Origin: Mycobacterium simulans
Lineage (GTDB): Bacteria > Actinomycetota > Actinomycetes > Mycobacteriales > Mycobacteriaceae
DNA length: 32,000 nucleotides
Assembly (NCBI RefSeq): GCF_900232995.1
Contig: NZ_OCVX01000005.1
Span: 144,413-176,412, forward strand
Reading direction: 5' to 3'
The position numbers and the translations under genes were made by a program. Shown piece by piece: positions 27,816-32,000 of this stretch. Under the pieces are notes generated by a model that was not told the DNA's origin, searched no databases, and saw only the letters and a list, made by a program, of their open reading frames with translations. How positions within the stretch are numbered: position 1 is the stretch's first letter; every line of letters starts with the position of its first letter.

Positions 27816-28051
27816 GCGGCGATCGCGAGCGCGGCGAAGCCGGGCGCGGCGGGTCGGCGCCGATAAGTTCCGCGGCGATCGCGAGCGCGGCGAAGCCGGG
27901 CGCGGCGGGTCGGCGCCGATAAATTCCGCGGCGATCGCGAGCGCGGCGAAGCCGGGCGCGGCGGGTCGGCGCCGATAAATTCCGCGGCGATCGCGAGCGC
28001 GGCGAAGCCGGGCGCGGCGGGTCGGCGCCGATAAAATTCCGCGGCGATCGC
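27816..28051. repeat. MIRU-like tandem repeat: 4 full copies of a 56-bp unit (the last is 57 bp) plus an 11-bp partial copy
   Basis: Units start at 27816, 27872, 27928, 27984 and 28041. Unit: GCGGCGATCGCGAGCGCGGCGAAGCCGGGCGCGGCGGGTCGGCGCCGATAA(A/G)TTCC. The only differences are one A/G change and one extra A. Fills the thyA/hydrolase divergent intergenic region. Confidence 0.95.
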
Positions 28052-28068
28052 AGGAGTAGAACGGTGCC

Positions 28069-28806
28069 ATGCCGAAAATCACCGATCACGTCACCACCGC
28101 CGACGGCACCTGCAACGTCCGGCTATTCACCCCTGACGGCACCGGGCCGTGGCCCGGTGTGATCATGTTCCCCGACGCCGGTGGTGTCCGCGACACCTTC
28201 GACCAGATGGCGGCCAAGCTCGCCGGGTTCGGCTACACGGTGCTGCTTCCCGACGTGTACTACCGCGAAGGTGACTGGACACCGTTCGACATGGCGACCG
28301 CGTTCGGCGACGCGAACGAACGCGCGCGGATCATGTTCATGATTGGCACCGTCACGCCGGACCGGATCACCCGCGACGCCGCTGCATTGTTCGACTACCT
28401 GGCCAGCCGCCCCGAGGTCAGCGGCGAACGCTTCGGCGTATGCGGCTATTGCATGGGTGGACGGATATCGGTCCTGATGGCCGGCCGCCTTCCGGATCGG
28501 GTCGCCGCAGCGGCGTCCTTCCACGGCGGCGGCCTGGTGACCGACAACCCGGACAGCCCGCACCTGCTGGCCGACCGGATCAGCGCCAAGGTGTACATCG
28601 GCGGTGCCGAGAACGACCCGTCGTTCACCGCCGACCACGCCGAGCAGCTGGAAAAGGCCCTGACCGCGGCGGGCGTCGACCACCGCATCGAGTGGTACCA
28701 GGCGGCCCACGGGTTCGCGGTCCCCGACAACCCGCCATACGACGAAGCAGCCGATAAGCGGCATTGGGCCGCGCTTACGGAAACTTTCAACGCGGCGCTC
28801 GCCTAG
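28069..28806 (+). CDS. Dienelactone hydrolase family alpha/beta hydrolase (Rv2765 homologue)
   Basis: 245 aa. Nucleophile elbow GVCGYCMGG and a C-terminal His (AAHGF). RBS AGGAG is supplied at the junction with the last partial repeat unit. Confidence 0.9.
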   Translation: MPKITDHVTTADGTCNVRLFTPDGTGPWPGVIMFPDAGGVRDTFDQMAAKLAGFGYTVLLPDVYYREGDWTPFDMATAFGDANERARIMFMIGTVTPDRITRDAAALFDYLASRPEVSGERFGVCGYCMGGRISVLMAGRLPDRVAAAASFHGGGLVTDNPDSPHLLADRISAKVYIGGAENDPSFTADHAEQLEKALTAAGVDHRIEWYQAAHGFAVPDNPPYDEAADKRHWAALTETFNAALA

Positions 28807-28812
28807 CCCCCC

Positions 28813-28872
28813 GCGAGCAGACACAGAATCGCACTAGATCGCGGCGAGTCGTGCGATTCTGTGTCTGCTCGC
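28813..28872. terminator. Second copy of the conserved hairpin (22-bp perfect stem) between convergent hydrolase and acyl-CoA dehydrogenase stops
   Basis: GCGAGCAGACACAGAATCGCAC (28813-28834) pairs with GTGCGATTCTGTGTCTGCTCGC (28851-28872), with a 16-nt loop. Shares the identical 19-nt core with the hairpin at 2609-2666. Confidence 0.6.
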
Positions 28873-28874
28873 CA

Positions 28875-29972
28875 CTAGGAGACCGGCAGGTCGACCAGCT
28901 GGGCTAACCGGCTCCGGTGCCGGTAGGCGGTACCGAGGGCCAACTGGTCACTCTTGGCCCGCTTCAGGTACAGGTGCGCGGGATACTCCCAGGTCATCCC
29001 GATGCCCCCATGCAGTTGTACGCATTCCTCCGCAGCGTGCACGGCCACACCGCTGCAGTACGCCTGGGCGATGGCCGCGGCCACCGCCGCGTCCGCATCG
29101 CTGCGGGCACAGGTGTCGGCGGCATACCGCGCGGCGGCAGTCGCCGAATTGACTTCAATCCACAGATCGGCGAGCCGGTGCTTGATCGCCTGATACGAAC
29201 CAATGGCACGGCCAACCTGCTTGCGCTGCTTGGCGTAATCCAGCGTGGTGTCGAAACACCACTGCGCCAGTCCGAGTTGCTCGGAGGCCAGCAGCGCCGC
29301 GCCGATCTGTAGCGCATCCGCCACCGCCGCGTCACCCGCGCCGACGCGCGTCGACGCCACGCCCGAGAATCGCACGTCGGCAAGGGGCCTCGTCATATCA
29401 AGTGCCAACAATGGCGACACATGGACACCGGCCGCGTCGCGCGGAATCGTATGCAGCTCAAGCCCATCCGCGCCCGCAACCGGCACCACCAACACGTCGG
29501 CCTCGGCGGCCCCAGCGACACTAGTGACCACCCCGGTCAGACCGTCCGCGCCATTGGCTACCCCGAATACCGCATCACCTGGTGCCGTGGAGAGCGGCAA
29601 AACCAGCGCCGCGGTAGCCGCACCGGCGGCCAACGCCGGCAGGGTTTCCGTTTCGCCGGCACGCAGCAGCGCAACCGTGGCGAGCACGGCGCTAGACAGG
29701 TATGGCACCGGCGCGACGGCTCGACCGATCTCCTCCATGACGACGGCCGCCTCCCGGGCAGTAGCGCCGGCCCCGCCGAGCGACTCCGGAACCAAGAGCC
29801 CTGCTACCCCCAGCTCGGCGGCAAGTGTGCGCCATACACCTGAAAAGTCTTGCGGTGCTGAGTCATACGCCTTCGCAATCGATTCCTGGGGACACCGGTC
29901 GGTGAACAAATGCCGAAGACTTTCTCGCAACGCCTCCTCGGTGTCGGAGTACAGCAGGTTTGCGACGCTCAC
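28875..29972 (-). CDS. Acyl-CoA dehydrogenase family protein, probable non-catalytic beta subunit of a heteromeric ACAD
   Basis: 365 aa with ACAD C-terminal region ECVQLHGGIGMTWEYPAHLYLKRAKSDQLALGT. The position normally holding the catalytic Glu (I/YEGT) reads ALGT. 4-nt overlap with the upstream ACAD gene. Confidence 0.8.
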   Translation of the reverse strand: MSVANLLYSDTEEALRESLRHLFTDRCPQESIAKAYDSAPQDFSGVWRTLAAELGVAGLLVPESLGGAGATAREAAVVMEEIGRAVAPVPYLSSAVLATVALLRAGETETLPALAAGAATAALVLPLSTAPGDAVFGVANGADGLTGVVTSVAGAAEADVLVVPVAGADGLELHTIPRDAAGVHVSPLLALDMTRPLADVRFSGVASTRVGAGDAAVADALQIGAALLASEQLGLAQWCFDTTLDYAKQRKQVGRAIGSYQAIKHRLADLWIEVNSATAAARYAADTCARSDADAAVAAAIAQAYCSGVAVHAAEECVQLHGGIGMTWEYPAHLYLKRAKSDQLALGTAYRHRSRLAQLVDLPVS

Positions 29973-31153
29973 CGCGGCAAGTCTTTCCAGGCCACGATCT
30001 TGTCGACGCGGTGTTCGCCGGGCAAACCCAAGATCCGCTCGGAGATGGTGTTACGAAGGATCTCCGAGGTACCACCCTCGATCGAGTTGCCGCGGGCGCG
30101 CAGGTAGCGATAGCCCGGCTCGCGACCTATCAGGTCGACGGTTTCGGGTCGGCGCAGGGTCCAGTCGTCATAGTGCAAACCGGTTTCGGGGTGCAATTCG
30201 AGCTCGAACCCCGAAACCTGTTGTGCCAGATGGGCAAAGGCCACCTTCATACCCGCGCCTTCGGGTCCGGGCTGACCGCTGGCGGCCCGCTGCCGCAATC
30301 GCTCACCGCTGAGCCGCAGCACTTCAGCCTCGACCCACAGCCGCATCATCTCGTCGTGCATCGCCGGATTGCGCAGCGCCGGATCGGCGCGCCAGGCTTC
30401 GGTGACCCTGCCGATATGGCCGGCCTCGCGGGGGAATCCGGTTCGCGCGCCGATGGCGACACGCTCGTTGTTGAGCGTGGTGGTCGCAACCCGCCAACCG
30501 CCGCCCTCGCCGCCGAGCCGGTTGGCGTCGGGGATCCGGACATCGGTTAGGAACACCTCGTTGAACTCCGCCTCGCCGGTGATCTGGCGCAGCGGCCGGA
30601 TGTCGATACCCGGCTGCCTCATGTCACACAGGAAGTACGTCAGGCCAGCGTGTTTTGGGACGTCGGGGTCGGTGCGCGCGACGAGGATCGCCATTTGCGC
30701 GTGCTGCGCCATCGAGGTCCACACCTTCTGGCCGTTGACAATCCAGTCGTCACCGTCGCGAACGGCCCGGGTCGCCGCGGCGGCCAGGTCGGACCCCGCG
30801 CCCGGTTCACTGAACAACTGGCAGTACAGATGCTCGCCAGTAAACAACGGGCGCAGGAACTTTCGCTTCTGCTCGTCGGTTCCGAACGCGGCGATCGTCG
30901 GCGCCGCCATGCCGATTCCGATGATGTTTCTGCCGCCGCCCGCCGGGGGCGCGCCCGCTGCAGCCAGCTGGGCATCGACCTGCGCCTGGTAGGTGTGCGG
31001 CAGCTCGAGCCCGCCGTTACCCCGCGGAAAGTGCACCCAGGCAAGGCCCGCGTCGAACCGCGCGCCCAGGAAGTCCTTCGGGTCGGTGGTGGCCGGATCG
31101 TGCTCTTCGAGCAGCATCCGCACCCTGGTCTGCAGGTCCGCTTCGGTACTCAT
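29969..31153 (-). CDS. Acyl-CoA dehydrogenase (probable catalytic alpha subunit)
   Basis: 394 aa. CQLFSEPGAGSDLAAAATRA, WIVNGQKVWTS, and a C-terminal NSIEGGTSEILRN that retains the Glu. 4-nt overlap with the upstream SDR gene. Confidence 0.9.
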   Translation of the reverse strand: MSTEADLQTRVRMLLEEHDPATTDPKDFLGARFDAGLAWVHFPRGNGGLELPHTYQAQVDAQLAAAGAPPAGGGRNIIGIGMAAPTIAAFGTDEQKRKFLRPLFTGEHLYCQLFSEPGAGSDLAAAATRAVRDGDDWIVNGQKVWTSMAQHAQMAILVARTDPDVPKHAGLTYFLCDMRQPGIDIRPLRQITGEAEFNEVFLTDVRIPDANRLGGEGGGWRVATTTLNNERVAIGARTGFPREAGHIGRVTEAWRADPALRNPAMHDEMMRLWVEAEVLRLSGERLRQRAASGQPGPEGAGMKVAFAHLAQQVSGFELELHPETGLHYDDWTLRRPETVDLIGREPGYRYLRARGNSIEGGTSEILRNTISERILGLPGEHRVDKIVAWKDLPR

Positions 31154-31917
31154 CGGGTCTGGAAGCCCTGCGCGGGGCCAAGCAACAGGCCCCCGTCGAT
31201 GCCCATCGTCCCCCCGGTAACCCAGCCCGCCGCACCCAAAACCAGAAAGGCGCCCGCGCCCGCCACATCGGCCGGCTCACCGATCCTTCCGAGGGCTATC
31301 GACTTCCCTAACGGATCCTCGTGGTCCTTCCACAGCGCCTCGGCGAGCCTGGTTCGCACCACGCCGGGGCAGACCGCATTCACCCGGATGCGCGGTGAGA
31401 GTTCCAGCGCGAGTTGCTTGGTGACGTGGATCAGAGCCGCCTTTGTGGCGTTGTACATGCCCATGGCAGGTGATTGGTGCATGCCGCCGACGGAGGCGGT
31501 GTTGACGATCGCACCGCCGTGCTCACCCATCCATGACTTGACGACTAACGACGTCCACAGCAACGGGGCCCAGAGGTTGACGTCGAAGATCTTGGCGAAA
31601 CGGGCGTGGTCCTGGTCGATCAGCGGCCCATACGCCGGGTTAGTGCCCGCGTTGTTGACCAGAATGTCCACCCTGCCAAACCGCTCGAGCGCGAGATCAA
31701 CGCAGCGCCGCGCGGCGTCCTCGTCGACCGCGTGTGCGCCCACGCCCACGGCCCGGCCCCCTACCTGCGCCGCGGCCGCATCGGCCGCCTCCTGCTTACG
31801 GGCGGTCAGCACGACGTTCGCACCCGCATCGGCCAGGCGTTGGCCAATCGCCAACCCGATTCCCCTTGAAGCGCCGGTGATTATCGCGGCGCGCCCCGTC
31901 AGATCCAGTGAGGTCAT
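31150..31917 (-). CDS. Short-chain dehydrogenase/reductase (FabG-like 3-oxoacyl reductase)
   Basis: MTSLDLTGRAAIITGASRGIGLAIGQRLADAGANVVL. YNATK catalytic motif. The ATG at 31917 has AGGAA upstream. Alternative upstream starts (ATG 31938, GTG 31947) lack an RBS and fall inside an inverted repeat. Confidence 0.8.
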   Translation of the reverse strand: MTSLDLTGRAAIITGASRGIGLAIGQRLADAGANVVLTARKQEAADAAAAQVGGRAVGVGAHAVDEDAARRCVDLALERFGRVDILVNNAGTNPAYGPLIDQDHARFAKIFDVNLWAPLLWTSLVVKSWMGEHGGAIVNTASVGGMHQSPAMGMYNATKAALIHVTKQLALELSPRIRVNAVCPGVVRTRLAEALWKDHEDPLGKSIALGRIGEPADVAGAGAFLVLGAAGWVTGGTMGIDGGLLLGPAQGFQTR

Positions 31918-31930
31918 AGCGCCCGATTCC

Positions 31931-31948
31931 TGTGCCATGTTTGGCACA
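31931..31948. promoter_or_regulatory. Inverted repeat TGTGCCA-N4-TGGCACA upstream of the SDR-ACAD-ACAD operon (operator candidate)
   Basis: Perfect 7-bp arms (31931-31937 and 31942-31948) in the AT-richer region just upstream of the preferred SDR start. Confidence 0.4.
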
Positions 31949-32000
31949 TGTTTAGACGTGGTATGCGAAAAGAATGTTAGCGAAATTAAACCTCATGAAA

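Noticed and set aside
27816-28051. Possible CRISPR array
   Set aside because: The repeats are directly abutting, with no unique spacers between them, and no cas genes are present in the window. This is a simple tandem repeat.
27781-28089. 102-aa and 89-aa minus-strand ORFs running through the tandem repeat
   Set aside because: They stay open only because the repeat unit has no stop codon on that strand. The 56-bp period is not a multiple of 3, so the peptide changes frame at each unit. The ORFs overlap both flanking gene starts.
29245-30312. 355-aa plus-strand ORF
   Set aside because: It is antisense to, and spans the junction of, the two acyl-CoA dehydrogenase genes. It is Ser/Ala/Arg-rich low complexity.

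Overview
High-GC actinobacterial chromosome. Gene order and protein sequences match the Mycobacterium tuberculosis-complex region Rv2744c-Rv2765 (pspA/35-kDa antigen, clgR, pgsA3, argA, ftsK, Rv2749-2751, rnj, dapA, thyX ... dfrA, thyA, dienelactone hydrolase), but this is not H37Rv. The housekeeping flanks (1-10.8 kb and 25.3-32 kb) are ordinary. The gap between thyX and the ycaQ-dfrA-thyA operon (about 10.8-25.3 kb) is an accessory defence island. It holds two vapBC toxin-antitoxin pairs and a complete type I R-M system: hsdM, hsdS and an intact 1069-aa hsdR. That system sits in a six-gene, translationally coupled operon with three non-canonical genes: (1) a 623-aa leading gene that looks like an HTH fused to a catalytically dead MTase-like core and a single TRD, (2) a frameshifted DUF1016/YhcG PD-(D/E)xK nuclease between hsdS and hsdR, and (3) a 295-aa acidic Cys-cluster protein overlapping the hsdR stop. 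Transcribed divergently from this operon, across a perfect 20-bp palindrome, is a 476-aa coiled-coil protein with a RmuC/DUF2130-like nuclease-fold C-terminus. A second, orphan hsdS is fused to the end of the thyA-dfrA-ycaQ operon. My best candidate for an undescribed system is the 623-aa/476-aa divergent pair and its link to the type I R-M operon. Other structure: a 56-bp x4 MIRU-like tandem repeat, two copies of one conserved hairpin at convergent gene junctions, operator-like dyads at the vapB promoters, and an alpha/beta acyl-CoA dehydrogenase pair. All functional calls come from reading motifs by eye and from remembered synteny; no searches were run.
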